Assembly (NCBI GenBank): GCA_900552655.1
Contig: USAE01000002.1
Coordinates: 1-59,020 of the forward strand
DNA: 59,020 bases
Source of the DNA: an uncultured Clostridium sp.
GTDB lineage: Bacteria; Bacillota; Clostridia; TANB77; CAG-508
Direction: 5' to 3'
Of this stretch, positions 20,214 through 29,455 are shown one piece after another (within the stretch, counting starts at the first letter, position 1; the number at the start of each line of letters is the position of its first letter). Below the pieces are notes generated by a model. It saw nothing but the letters and a program-made list of their open reading frames with translations. It had not been told where the DNA came from and ran no database searches. A program made the translations under genes and the position numbers.

Positions 20214-20352
20214 GAATAATGTTTTATTGTAAAGGAGTATATTTGTTTTCAGAAGCCGAAAAAAGAATATACAAAGTTTAATAAAAATCAAAAGATTGTT
20301 TCAGATTTTGATAAGTTGCTTATTAAGGCAAATTGAGAACGATAAAAAGTAG
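20204..20352 (+). repeat. Composite remnant (copy R2): queH 3'-end fragments interrupted by a frameshifted RhuM 3'-end fragment
   Basis: 20204-20236 (AAATTTGTAGGAATAATGTTTTATTGTAAAGG) resembles R1 (AAATTTGTGGTCATAATGTGTTATTACAGAGG). 20255-20330 aligns with RhuM 19083-19158 (FNKNQKIVSDFDKLL against FNKTQKIISDFDKLL). 20326-20352 (CAAATTGAGAACGATAAAAAG) resembles the queH end. Confidence 0.6.
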
Positions 20353-20360
20353 GGAAATAT

Positions 20361-20783
20361 ATGATAAGAAAATTTGAAAAAAAAGATATAAATGATGTAA
20401 TGATAATATGGAAAAATGAGAATATAAAAGCCCATCAATTTATAGAAAGGGAATATTGGGAAAACAATTATAATTATGTAAAAGAAATTTTACCAAATGC
20501 AGAAATATATGTTTATGTTATTGAAAATCATATAGTAGGATTTATAGGATTAAACCAAAATTATATTGAAGGAATTTTTATAGATGCACATAGTCAAAGT
20601 AAGGGTATAGGAACTTTATTATTAAATAAAGTAAAAGAAGATAGGAATACTCTAACGTTAAGCGTATATAAGAAAAACGTAAATGCTATTAAATTTTACA
20701 AAAAAAATAATTTTATTATTACAAGTGAAAGCATAGATAAAGATACAAATGAGATAGAATATATCATGACTTGGGTTAAGTAA
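20361..20783 (+). CDS. GNAT-family N-acetyltransferase
   Basis: IFIDAHSQSKGIGTLLLNKV is motif A; also KKNVNAIKFYKKNNF. Confidence 0.8.
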   Translation: MIRKFEKKDINDVMIIWKNENIKAHQFIEREYWENNYNYVKEILPNAEIYVYVIENHIVGFIGLNQNYIEGIFIDAHSQSKGIGTLLLNKVKEDRNTLTLSVYKKNVNAIKFYKKNNFIITSESIDKDTNEIEYIMTWVK

Positions 20784-20822
20784 ACGAAAAAGTTAAGAGT
20801 GTAATAAAACAAGGAGAAAAAT

Positions 20823-21524
20823 ATGGAGAACAAAGAAGAGAAAATCGTAACAAAAGAAAACGGTAAAAAGTCTAAAATAAAAAGCATATTATCAGGAATA
20901 CTAACAGCCATAAAAAAATGTCCTAAAATTATTAAAAGAGGAATACTAGTAATAATTTTAATAGCAATCGTGGCATTAGGAATAAACTATAGCTATGTTT
21001 TTAATAAAGAAGCAGAAACATTAAGCATAGAATTTAAAAATGTTGGACAGCTAGTAACACAATCTGCTTTTATAAGAGTATTAGAAGATAGCACTGTTAA
21101 TAGAACAATTTTCGAAAAATTTGAAATACCATTTACAGAAAGTAGAAAAATGTTTAGTTATATAGTACAAGTAGACGCAGGAATAAATTTTGAGGAAGTA
21201 TATATAGAAGATATTAATGAATCAACAAAAACAATAAAGATAAAACTTCCACATTCAACAATATATAATGCTACGCCAGATTTAGAATCTTTTAAATCTT
21301 ACATAGATTCAGAAAGTTGGTTTTCTAGAATTGATTCAGAAAAATATAATGAAGCATTAAAAGATTTAACAAATCAGGGAAAACAAGATGCTAGTGATAA
21401 TGGTATATTAGAAAAAGCAGATGAAAATGGAAAAAACATTATAGAAAGTTTTATTAAAAGTAATAAAAAGTACAAAGACTACAAAATAGAATATGAGTAT
21501 ATAGGAGAGAATAAAGATGAGTAA
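20823..21524 (+). CDS. Membrane-anchored protein, DUF4230-like
   Basis: N-terminal TM helix. IEFKNVGQLVTQSAF...IPFTESRKMFSYIVQVDAGINFEEV...IKIKLPHSTIY follows the pattern I associate with DUF4230. Confidence 0.45.
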   Translation: MENKEEKIVTKENGKKSKIKSILSGILTAIKKCPKIIKRGILVIILIAIVALGINYSYVFNKEAETLSIEFKNVGQLVTQSAFIRVLEDSTVNRTIFEKFEIPFTESRKMFSYIVQVDAGINFEEVYIEDINESTKTIKIKLPHSTIYNATPDLESFKSYIDSESWFSRIDSEKYNEALKDLTNQGKQDASDNGILEKADENGKNIIESFIKSNKKYKDYKIEYEYIGENKDE

Positions 21525-21630
21525 AAAAGAGAAAAAGGGTAAAGGCATATTTAAGGTAATTATGTATATATTATTAGGAATTATAGTTGCAATAGGGCTA
21601 TTTTATTTGTGTTTAGCATTAACAAGATAA
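21517..21630 (+). CDS. Possible 37-aa membrane peptide (not in the ORF track)
   Basis: ATG 21517 overlaps the upstream stop. It encodes MSKKEKKGKGIFKVIMYILLGIIVAIGLFYLCLALTR*, a basic head plus one TM helix, and is followed by the terminator. Confidence 0.35.
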   Translation: MSKKEKKGKGIFKVIMYILLGIIVAIGLFYLCLALTR

Positions 21631-21691
21631 TTAAAAGCAATTATCAATTTGTAAAACAAAATTAAGTTAGCAAGAAAATAATAAAACAAAG

Positions 21692-21727
21692 AAAGCAGTT
21701 ATTATAGTTTAATAACTGCTTTTAGTT
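21692..21727. terminator. Bidirectional terminator between convergent genes
   Basis: AAGCAGTTATT (21693-21703), a 7-nt loop, AATAACTGCTT (21711-21721), flanked by an A-run and a T-run. Confidence 0.75.
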
Positions 21728-21737
21728 AATGTATATT

Positions 21738-22724
21738 TTATAATAAATCTTTTAAAATTTCTTCATTAGACTTAGGTAAAAGGTAAGAAACAGGAATGTC
21801 TAAAACAGTAACAGCACCAGTTTTTCCTTCTTTACGTAATCTATAAATTCCTCTTGCATAAGCAACTAAAACACTTGCAGTAAATTCTGGATTAGAATCT
21901 AACTTTAAAGAAAATTCAGCAACTTGATTGATATTATCACTAGTACGTCCACTTCTTAAAACGAATCCACCATGTGGCATACCAGAATGATTTTTAAGAA
22001 GTTCATCTTCAGTTATAAAATGTACAACAGTATTATATGATTCAAAATAATTTGGCATTTCTTTTATTTCCTTTTCGACTGTTTCTTTATCTGCACCATC
22101 TTCTAAGACTACAAAACATTCTCTCCACATAACTTCTCTTACAGAGGAAAAAGTAGGATTTTCTCCAGACCTTACTTTTTCTACAGCTTCTTCATAAGGA
22201 ACTGTGTATTGAACAGCATTTTTTACTCCATTAATTCTTCTTATAGCATCAGAATGACCTTGGCTTAAGCCTCTACCATAGAATACATAATTATTACCGT
22301 TAGGAAGAATTGCTTCTAGTAAAGCTCTGTTTAAAGAAAATAATCCTGGATCCCAACCACAAGAAATTAAAGATAAGTGGTTACTTTCTTTGGCTTCTTT
22401 ATTAACATTTTTAAAATATTCTGGTATTTTTGCATGTGTATCAAAACTATCTATAGTATTAAATAATTTTGCTATTTCAGGTGTTTGCTTTGGCAAATCT
22501 GTAGCAGAACCGCCACATAATATCATAATATCTATTTTATCTTGCATATCTTTTACATCATCTACGGAAAATACTTTTGTTTCAGGATGTAAAGTTTTAA
22601 GAGTATTTGGATCTCTTCTTGTAAAAACTCCGACAAGCTCTATATCATCATTATTATATATAGCAGTTTCTACGCCTTTACCTAGATTTCCATACCCATA
22701 AATTCCAATTTTTATTTTATCCAT
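21738..22724 (-). CDS. ddh: meso-Diaminopimelate D-dehydrogenase
   Basis: IGIYGYGNLGKGVE, CGGSATD, GWDPGLFS, GLSQGHSDAIRRI, GMPHGG and NPEFTASV are collinear with Corynebacterium Ddh. Confidence 0.9.
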   Translation of the reverse strand: MDKIKIGIYGYGNLGKGVETAIYNNDDIELVGVFTRRDPNTLKTLHPETKVFSVDDVKDMQDKIDIMILCGGSATDLPKQTPEIAKLFNTIDSFDTHAKIPEYFKNVNKEAKESNHLSLISCGWDPGLFSLNRALLEAILPNGNNYVFYGRGLSQGHSDAIRRINGVKNAVQYTVPYEEAVEKVRSGENPTFSSVREVMWRECFVVLEDGADKETVEKEIKEMPNYFESYNTVVHFITEDELLKNHSGMPHGGFVLRSGRTSDNINQVAEFSLKLDSNPEFTASVLVAYARGIYRLRKEGKTGAVTVLDIPVSYLLPKSNEEILKDLL

Positions 22725-22967
22725 TTATTTTACCTCCATTAGTTATTTTTTACCAATATAATTTTACTACAAACTAATGGAAAATACTACAAAAAATTGA
22801 AGAAAATCTTATATATAAAATAAATATGTAACATAATACATATATAAAACATAATATAAGAAAAATATATATCCTAATGGGTGTATTTTATGGCTATATA
22901 CTACGAAGTAACAATTCGGGTGAGAAATAATAGCAAGTTCTAAACTTCAAATGAAGGGAGATAGAAT

Positions 22968-23960
22968 ATGAATAAAATAATTGGAAATACACCAATGATA
23001 AAAATAAATTATGAATTTAATAACAAGAAGAGCTACATATATACAAAATTAGAATATTATAATTTAACTGGTAGTATTAAAGATAGGGTTGCGCTTTATA
23101 TGATAAAGAATGCCAAAAAGAGAGGAGATTTAAAAGATAATATGCCTATAATAGAGGCAACAAGTGGAAATACAGGAATATCTTTGGCTGCTATAGGCAA
23201 AGCATATGGGCATAAAGTATATATTTTTATGCCAGACTGGGTAAGTGAAGAAAGAATAAAGTTAATGGAGGCATATGGTGCAGAGGTAAGATTATATTCA
23301 AAAGAAGAAGGTGGATTTGTAAGGTGTATAGAAGAAGCGAAGAAATTAGCACAAATTAAAGGTGGTTATTTAACTAATCAATTTTCAAATAAGGATAATT
23401 TTTTAGCACATTATGAAACGACAGGTAAAGAAATTATAGAGCAATTACCAGAAGAAGTAGGAGGTTTCATTTCTGGTGTTGGTACAGGTGGAACTTTAAT
23501 GGGAATAGGAAAAAGATTAAAAGAAAAATTTAAAGATATGTTAATATCGTGTGTAGAGCCGGATAAAATGCCTTTAATTACAAATTTAAAAAATAATTTG
23601 CAATATGATAAACAAGAATTAAGAGAACATAAAATAGAAGGTATAGGGGACGAATTTATTCCAGATTTAATTAATATAAATGATTTAGACGATGTTATAT
23701 TAGTAAATGACGAAGATGCGATAAATATGGCAAAGAAAATGGCTAATGAATTAGGAATAGGTGTAGGAATTTCTTCTGGAGCAAATTTTTTAGGAGCAAT
23801 TTTATTAAACGAAAAAACAAATAAGCCTGTAGCTACAATATTTGCAGATGATAATAAAAAGTATTTATCTACAGATTTGTTTAAAAATAATGAAATATTA
23901 AGAAAATATCCCAATTTTATTTCTGACAACATAAAACTTAATAGCTATGAGGTGATTTAA
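22968..23960 (+). CDS. cysK: Cysteine synthase / O-acetylserine sulfhydrylase family (PLP fold type II)
   Basis: NLTGSIKDRVA (PLP Lys), EATSGNTGISLA and GVGTGGTLMGIG. Contains an extra ~25-aa insert (KMPLITNLKNNLQYDKQELREHK). Confidence 0.8.
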   Translation: MNKIIGNTPMIKINYEFNNKKSYIYTKLEYYNLTGSIKDRVALYMIKNAKKRGDLKDNMPIIEATSGNTGISLAAIGKAYGHKVYIFMPDWVSEERIKLMEAYGAEVRLYSKEEGGFVRCIEEAKKLAQIKGGYLTNQFSNKDNFLAHYETTGKEIIEQLPEEVGGFISGVGTGGTLMGIGKRLKEKFKDMLISCVEPDKMPLITNLKNNLQYDKQELREHKIEGIGDEFIPDLININDLDDVILVNDEDAINMAKKMANELGIGVGISSGANFLGAILLNEKTNKPVATIFADDNKKYLSTDLFKNNEILRKYPNFISDNIKLNSYEVI

Positions 23961-24096
23961 AAATAATGAATTTTAAAAAATCTTCCTAAACTTTACAAAG
24001 GGGGATTACTCCAAAGAATTCCTAAAATTCACAAAAAAATCTGGTGGCCAATTAGTTATAAATTATTATACTTTTTAGCCACCAGAAACATTACTT

Positions 24097-24432
24097 TTAA
24101 CTTGGAACTTGAGAGATTCTATAGGTGCTATATCCACCCATTTCCTCTCTTTTTGTAATTTCAGAGAATTTAAATTCACAATACGAGTCGAAGAAATGCA
24201 TATATCGTCCAACAAACTTCTCACTAAGCAGAAGCTCTTGGTGAACATCTAAATGATATCCTGCAATTATATCATATTCTTCAAACTTTGCTTCATCAGC
24301 TATCAAATGATTGCAAACTTTTATTTCGCACTCAATAGATTTTTCATTAAGTACGTTTCTTAAAAGATCTGCAATGACAGATAGATCTAAATTCCGAAAC
24401 TGTTCTGAGTAAAGCAATAAAACCTTTTTCAT
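24097..24432 (-). CDS. Hypothetical protein (111 aa)
   Basis: GGAGG RBS precedes ATG 24432 (the track ORF extends to 24483). No motif recognised. Isolated minus-strand gene. Confidence 0.45.
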   Translation of the reverse strand: MKKVLLLYSEQFRNLDLSVIADLLRNVLNEKSIECEIKVCNHLIADEAKFEEYDIIAGYHLDVHQELLLSEKFVGRYMHFFDSYCEFKFSEITKREEMGGYSTYRISQVPS

Positions 24433-24610
24433 AATGTTAACCTCCTTGGGAATTCCCGCTGTAAATTTAAGTTTTTGATTCACATTATATTATACAGTAT
24501 TTTACATAAAATTGCAAATATATAAAAATTTACAATTAAAATCTAAAACAGAAATTAATAATATATTGTATATAAAAAATTGCAAATACACCAAATTTAT
24601 AATTAAAACA

Positions 24611-24639
24611 TTGATAAGCTAACGAAAAATTTGTATAAT
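24611..24639 (+). promoter_or_regulatory. SigA-type promoter of the ABC-F gene
   Basis: TTGATA (24611-24616), a 17-nt spacer, TATAAT (24634-24639). This leaves a leader of only ~30 nt. Confidence 0.65.
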
Positions 24640-24674
24640 CTATGTAAGCAATAAAATATGGAGATAGGAGAAAA

Positions 24675-26231
24675 ATGGCATTATTAGAAGTAGAAAATTT
24701 AACACATTCATTTGGAGATAAACTATTATATAAAGATTCTTCATTCGAACTATATAAAGGCGAACATATGGGGATTGTAGGACAAAACGGAGCAGGTAAA
24801 AGTACACTTATAAAAATATTATTAGGTGAAATATTGCCAGATAAAGGCGTAGTAAAATGGCAAAATGGTATTACAATAGGAAAACTAGACCAATATGCAA
24901 TAGTAGAAGAAAATCAAACTATTTTTAATTATTTAAGGACTGCGTTTAGCAAGCTATATAAAGTAGAAGAGGAATTAAATAAGCTATATGAAGAAATGGC
25001 AGAAAATTATAACGAGAATATATTAAATAAAGTTTCAAAATATCAAGAGGAATTAGAAGAAAAGAATTTTTATGCAATAGATAGCACAATACAAAAAATT
25101 GCAAGTGGATTAGGAATAACAGCACTTGGAATGGAAAATAATTTAAAAAATTTAAGTGGAGGTCAAAGAGCAAAAGTAATTTTAGCTAAATTACTTCTTC
25201 AAAATCCAGAGGTTTTAGTATTGGACGAGCCAACTAACTTTTTAGACAAAGAACATGTTGAATGGCTTTCTGAATACTTAACAACTTTTAAAGGTGCTTT
25301 CATAATTGTGTCACATGATTTTGAATTTCTAGAAAAAGTTGCGACATGTATTTGTGATATAGAATTTAATAAAATGAAGAAATATAAAGGTACATATTCT
25401 AGTTTTTTAAAGCAAAAAGAGTTATTAAGAGAAGATTATATAAGACAATATAACTCACAACAAAAGGAAATAAAAAAACTAGAAGAATACATTGCTAAGA
25501 ATAAAGTAAGAGCATCTACAGCACAAATGGCAAAAAGTAGAGAAAAGAAGTTAGAAAAAATGGAGAAAATTGACAAACCTTCTTTTACAACAAAGCCACA
25601 CTTTAGGTTTAATTGTGTAGAAAGTACAGCGCAAGTAATATTAGAAGTTAATAATTTAGAAGTAGGGTATTATTATCCATTACTTCCAAAGATGAAATTT
25701 GATATACGCAATGAAGAAAAAGTAGTTATAACAGGTTTTAATGGTATAGGTAAATCTACATTATTAAAAACTATAATGGGTGAAATAGCTCCTATTGCTG
25801 GTGAATTTAAATTTTCTGAAACTATTAAAAACATTGGTTATTATGAACAAGACTTAAAATGGGAAAATGAAGAAGATACACCTCTTAACATAATTTTGAA
25901 GGATTTTCCAAAGTTAACACAAAAGCAAATAAGAAAACATTTAGCTGATTGTGGAATAAAGAAAGAACATGTAATACAACCTATTACAACACTAAGTGGT
26001 GGTGAACAAGCAAAAGTAAAACTATGTAAATTAATATTAAAACCTTGTAATTTATTAATTTTAGATGAACCTACGAATCATTTAGATGCAGATACAAAAG
26101 AAGAGTTAAAAAAAGCTATAACAGAATTTAAAGGAACTGTTATCTTGGTTTCTCATGAAGCCAGTTTTTACAAAGATTTAGCTACAAGAGTAGTTAATAT
26201 AGAAAATTTATGTATAAAAAGATTAAAATAA
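24675..26231 (+). CDS. ABC-F family ATPase (two NBDs, no TMD; translation-factor type)
   Basis: GQNGAGKST / LSGGQRAK / LVLDEPTN and GFNGIGKST / LSGGEQAK / LILDEPTNHLD, separated by the charged linker QQKEIKKLEEYIAKNKVRASTAQMAKSREKKLEKME. Confidence 0.85.
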   Translation: MALLEVENLTHSFGDKLLYKDSSFELYKGEHMGIVGQNGAGKSTLIKILLGEILPDKGVVKWQNGITIGKLDQYAIVEENQTIFNYLRTAFSKLYKVEEELNKLYEEMAENYNENILNKVSKYQEELEEKNFYAIDSTIQKIASGLGITALGMENNLKNLSGGQRAKVILAKLLLQNPEVLVLDEPTNFLDKEHVEWLSEYLTTFKGAFIIVSHDFEFLEKVATCICDIEFNKMKKYKGTYSSFLKQKELLREDYIRQYNSQQKEIKKLEEYIAKNKVRASTAQMAKSREKKLEKMEKIDKPSFTTKPHFRFNCVESTAQVILEVNNLEVGYYYPLLPKMKFDIRNEEKVVITGFNGIGKSTLLKTIMGEIAPIAGEFKFSETIKNIGYYEQDLKWENEEDTPLNIILKDFPKLTQKQIRKHLADCGIKKEHVIQPITTLSGGEQAKVKLCKLILKPCNLLILDEPTNHLDADTKEELKKAITEFKGTVILVSHEASFYKDLATRVVNIENLCIKRLK

Positions 26232-26380
26232 CAATTAGTATAAACGTAAAAAAGATTATAAATACACCTTGAATAATTCTTAAAAAAATTATATGATTGT
26301 AAAGAAAAAATTAATATATAGTGATTAATAAAAGGATAATCATTAACACAAAAAAATTACAAAAGAATAAGGGAGAAGGC

Positions 26381-27889
26381 ATGAAAACAAGAACAAAAAA
26401 TTTAATATTATTTTTTATTTTATTTGTAATAACAGGGGCTGTTTTTTGGAATTATATATCAATGCACTATGCAACAGATACATATAATATAATGAATATA
26501 GGGTATGAAAAATATGCAATAAATAATTCCTTAAGTGATGGAAGAATATTTATGTTTCTAATAGGTATGTTTGCAAATTGGGCAAATATTCCTATTAATA
26601 TTTTTGTAATAACATTAACTGTTATAGGGTTAATAATATCATGTATAGCAGTTATTGTATTAAAAAATATGATAATAGAGTTTGGTAAAAAAGAAAATAA
26701 AATACAAGAAGTTATTGCAGTTTTAATATCATATTGTACAGTATTTAATTTTATGTATGTAGAGAACTTATACTTTGTAGAAGCAGGAGTAATGGCATGT
26801 AGTATATTACTTTACATATTAGCAGTAAAACAAATTATAAATAGAAATAAGTTATATTTATTAAAATCAGGAATATTAGCAGTACTAGCAACGTTTTGTT
26901 ACCAAGGAACAATTGGACTATTTGCACTATATGGAATAGTATTTTCTATTGCTAAAAATGGGAAAAATATAAAAGAAATATTAAAAGATTTTGGTGCGAT
27001 AATTTTAATAACAATAATTTCATTTGTGGCAAATTTAATTCAAATAGATATTGCAACTCAAATTGCAGGTACTACTCAAAAAAGATTAAATGGAATACAA
27101 AATTTATTTAAAAATTCTGTACATATTTTAAGAAATTTTGGAACTATGGTATTTGGAACAATGTTTGTAAGTAATTGTGGTCTATTTCCTAATTATTTAA
27201 TGTTAATATTTGTTTTACTTATTACACTTATATCTGGAATTTATGAAATAAAATCTAAAAGAAATGGCTTAGTATTTAATATTATATTTCTTTTCTTTGT
27301 AACAATGCTTATAACATTTGCAATGTGTGTTGTGAGTATAGCAAGTTATGATACAGGACGAATTCATGTACCTGTTGGAGCTTTTATAGGAGTAATATTT
27401 ATATACTTATTTTGTTCAACTAAAATATTTGAAGATGAAACAATTATTAAATATTTATTAATGGCAACATTAGTAGCATATAATATTATTCTAGTAGTAA
27501 ATACAATTTCATTACTGTACCAACATAAACAAGTAAATAAGTTAGAAGAAGAACAATGTGCAGGAATAGAAGAATATATAAAAGAATATGAAAAAGAAAA
27601 TAATGTAAAAATTACAGAAGCAAGATATTTTAAACTTTCAAATATGAAACCATATGGATATTTTAACGAAATAAAAAATGAGTCTGTTCTTACATATGAT
27701 GGTGTTGCATGTACTTGGTCTGCAATAGCTACAATTAATTTTTATACAAATAGGAATTTTGAAGATAATTATTTAGAAGCATATCCTAATAGAGATTTAT
27801 TTTATGCATATGCTGCAAAAAGAAAGTTGGGCTATGAAGGAAATTTTGTAATAATGGATAATATTTTGTATTTCTTAGCATATATTTAA
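26381..27889 (+). CDS. GtrII/Glucos_trans_II-like polytopic glycosyltransferase (paralogue A)
   Basis: RBS GGGAGAAGG before ATG 26381. HYATDTYNIMNIGYEKYAINNSLSDGRIFMF. At least 10 TM helices and a soluble C-terminal domain. Collinear with the next gene. Confidence 0.6.
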   Translation: MKTRTKNLILFFILFVITGAVFWNYISMHYATDTYNIMNIGYEKYAINNSLSDGRIFMFLIGMFANWANIPINIFVITLTVIGLIISCIAVIVLKNMIIEFGKKENKIQEVIAVLISYCTVFNFMYVENLYFVEAGVMACSILLYILAVKQIINRNKLYLLKSGILAVLATFCYQGTIGLFALYGIVFSIAKNGKNIKEILKDFGAIILITIISFVANLIQIDIATQIAGTTQKRLNGIQNLFKNSVHILRNFGTMVFGTMFVSNCGLFPNYLMLIFVLLITLISGIYEIKSKRNGLVFNIIFLFFVTMLITFAMCVVSIASYDTGRIHVPVGAFIGVIFIYLFCSTKIFEDETIIKYLLMATLVAYNIILVVNTISLLYQHKQVNKLEEEQCAGIEEYIKEYEKENNVKITEARYFKLSNMKPYGYFNEIKNESVLTYDGVACTWSAIATINFYTNRNFEDNYLEAYPNRDLFYAYAAKRKLGYEGNFVIMDNILYFLAYI

Positions 27890-27904
27890 AATTTGGGTGA
27901 TAAA

Positions 27905-29440
27905 ATGAAAGAATTAGAAAATAAAAAGAAAACAACCATACATATAAAAAAAGATTATATAATTTTTTTAGTAATATTTTTGTTAGCAGTAATAATGTAT
28001 ATTAATTGGATTAATATACATTATTCTGCAGATACATATAATATTATAAATGTAGGGTATGAAAAATATGCTACTAATTGGTCTTTAAAAGATGGCAGAT
28101 TAATAATGTATTTTATTACAATAATTTTTGCAAAACTAAATATTCCAATAGAGGTATATGTAATAAGTACACTACTAGTAGCTTTAGTAATATCTTGTAT
28201 TTGTGTAATAAAGCTAAAGAATATAATTATTAATTGTAGCCATAGTGAAAATAACAAAACAAAAAAAATATTTGTTACAATAGCATCATTTTTTACAATA
28301 TTTAATTTTATGTATATAGAAGATATGTATTTTGTAGAATCTATTGTAATGGCACTAAGTTTATTGCTATTTACTTATTCTGCAAATATAATAGTTAATA
28401 ATAAAAAATTAAAAAATAGAATAATAGCACTAATCTTAGCAATAGTTGGTATAATAGCATATCAGGGAACAGCAGGATTTCTTATAATACTAACATTTGT
28501 TATAAGTTTACTAACAAATAAAGTAGAACTAAAAGGAAACAAAGATAAAATAAAAACAAACATAAGACACATATTTTTAGATACATTTATGGCAGGAATT
28601 ATAAATGCTATAGCAATTGTTATAAATATGATATTAGTTAAAGTAGTAGGAAATATTACAGGACAAGTTCAAACAAGAGTGGGAAGTATATTTGCTATAT
28701 TCGAAAATTTAAAATATATTATTAATAATTTTAATGTTATATTAAAAGAAAATATTGGGTTATTTCCGACAAATTTATTATACATTTTTATAGGAATTAC
28801 ATTAATTTTAGCACTTATATATGACTTAAAAACAAAAAGCGTAAACTTCCTAACAATAAAACTAATGTGTATAATAATTATAAGTGTAGTTTGTGGTTTT
28901 TTAGTATCTTTAGGTACATTATCTAGTTTTTATACAGGAAGATTGCATTATTGTATAGGAACAATGATGGGTTTTGTATTAATTTGTCTAATTATGGAAA
29001 ATGAGGACGAAATTTTTAGAAGAATAATTGAATTAATTTTGATAATGTATAGCATTGTTAATATATATAATTGTATAATAGTTACATACGAACATAAATT
29101 AGTAAATGAGTATGAAAAACAATCTGCTAAAGAAATAGAAGAGTATATAGAAAAATACGAAAAAGAAAATAAAAAGCAAGTAGAAAATATAGCAATATAC
29201 ACAATAACAGGGCAAAATTATAAAACATATTTTAAGGAAATTAATAGGAAATCTGTAGTAACCTACAATGCATTAAGGTGTAATTGGTCAGCAGATGGAG
29301 TTATAAATTTTTACACGGATAGAGAATTAAATACAGTAAATTTAAATAAAGAGCTACTACAGGAATATTTAAAAGTAGAAAAAGATAATGGCTATGGAAT
29401 AATAAATAATACATTAATTGTAGAATGTTATATGTATTAA
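27905..29440 (+). CDS. GtrII/Glucos_trans_II-like polytopic glycosyltransferase (paralogue B)
   Basis: HYSADTYNIINVGYEKYATNWSLKDGRLIMYF. Shares FNFMY(V/I)E(N/D)(L/M)YFVE and the C-terminal CxWSA..INFYT motifs with paralogue A. Confidence 0.6.
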   Translation: MKELENKKKTTIHIKKDYIIFLVIFLLAVIMYINWINIHYSADTYNIINVGYEKYATNWSLKDGRLIMYFITIIFAKLNIPIEVYVISTLLVALVISCICVIKLKNIIINCSHSENNKTKKIFVTIASFFTIFNFMYIEDMYFVESIVMALSLLLFTYSANIIVNNKKLKNRIIALILAIVGIIAYQGTAGFLIILTFVISLLTNKVELKGNKDKIKTNIRHIFLDTFMAGIINAIAIVINMILVKVVGNITGQVQTRVGSIFAIFENLKYIINNFNVILKENIGLFPTNLLYIFIGITLILALIYDLKTKSVNFLTIKLMCIIIISVVCGFLVSLGTLSSFYTGRLHYCIGTMMGFVLICLIMENEDEIFRRIIELILIMYSIVNIYNCIIVTYEHKLVNEYEKQSAKEIEEYIEKYEKENKKQVENIAIYTITGQNYKTYFKEINRKSVVTYNALRCNWSADGVINFYTDRELNTVNLNKELLQEYLKVEKDNGYGIINNTLIVECYMY

Positions 29441-29455
29441 GAAAGAAGGTTAATT

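Noticed and set aside
17601-20783. Interpreting the cassette array as an integron.
   Set aside because: There is no IntI-type integrase or attI. The inter-cassette repeats derive from the queH 3' end rather than forming attC-like imperfect palindromes. I kept it as a generic insertion hot spot instead.
22725-22967. A T-box, S-box or lysine riboswitch upstream of cysK or ddh. The same was considered upstream of argS (46153-46282) and metG (49368-49395).
   Set aside because: The leaders are short or lack the conserved GC-rich cores, a specifier/T-box sequence and any terminator/antiterminator pair. I could not find the motifs by eye; a covariance-model scan would be decisive.
24675-26231. The ABC-F protein as an antibiotic-resistance (ARE) ribosome-protection factor.
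   Set aside because: The inter-domain linker is short, and the promoter at 24611-24639 leaves only a ~30-nt leader with no attenuator or leader peptide. This fits a housekeeping ABC-F better. It cannot be settled without phylogeny.
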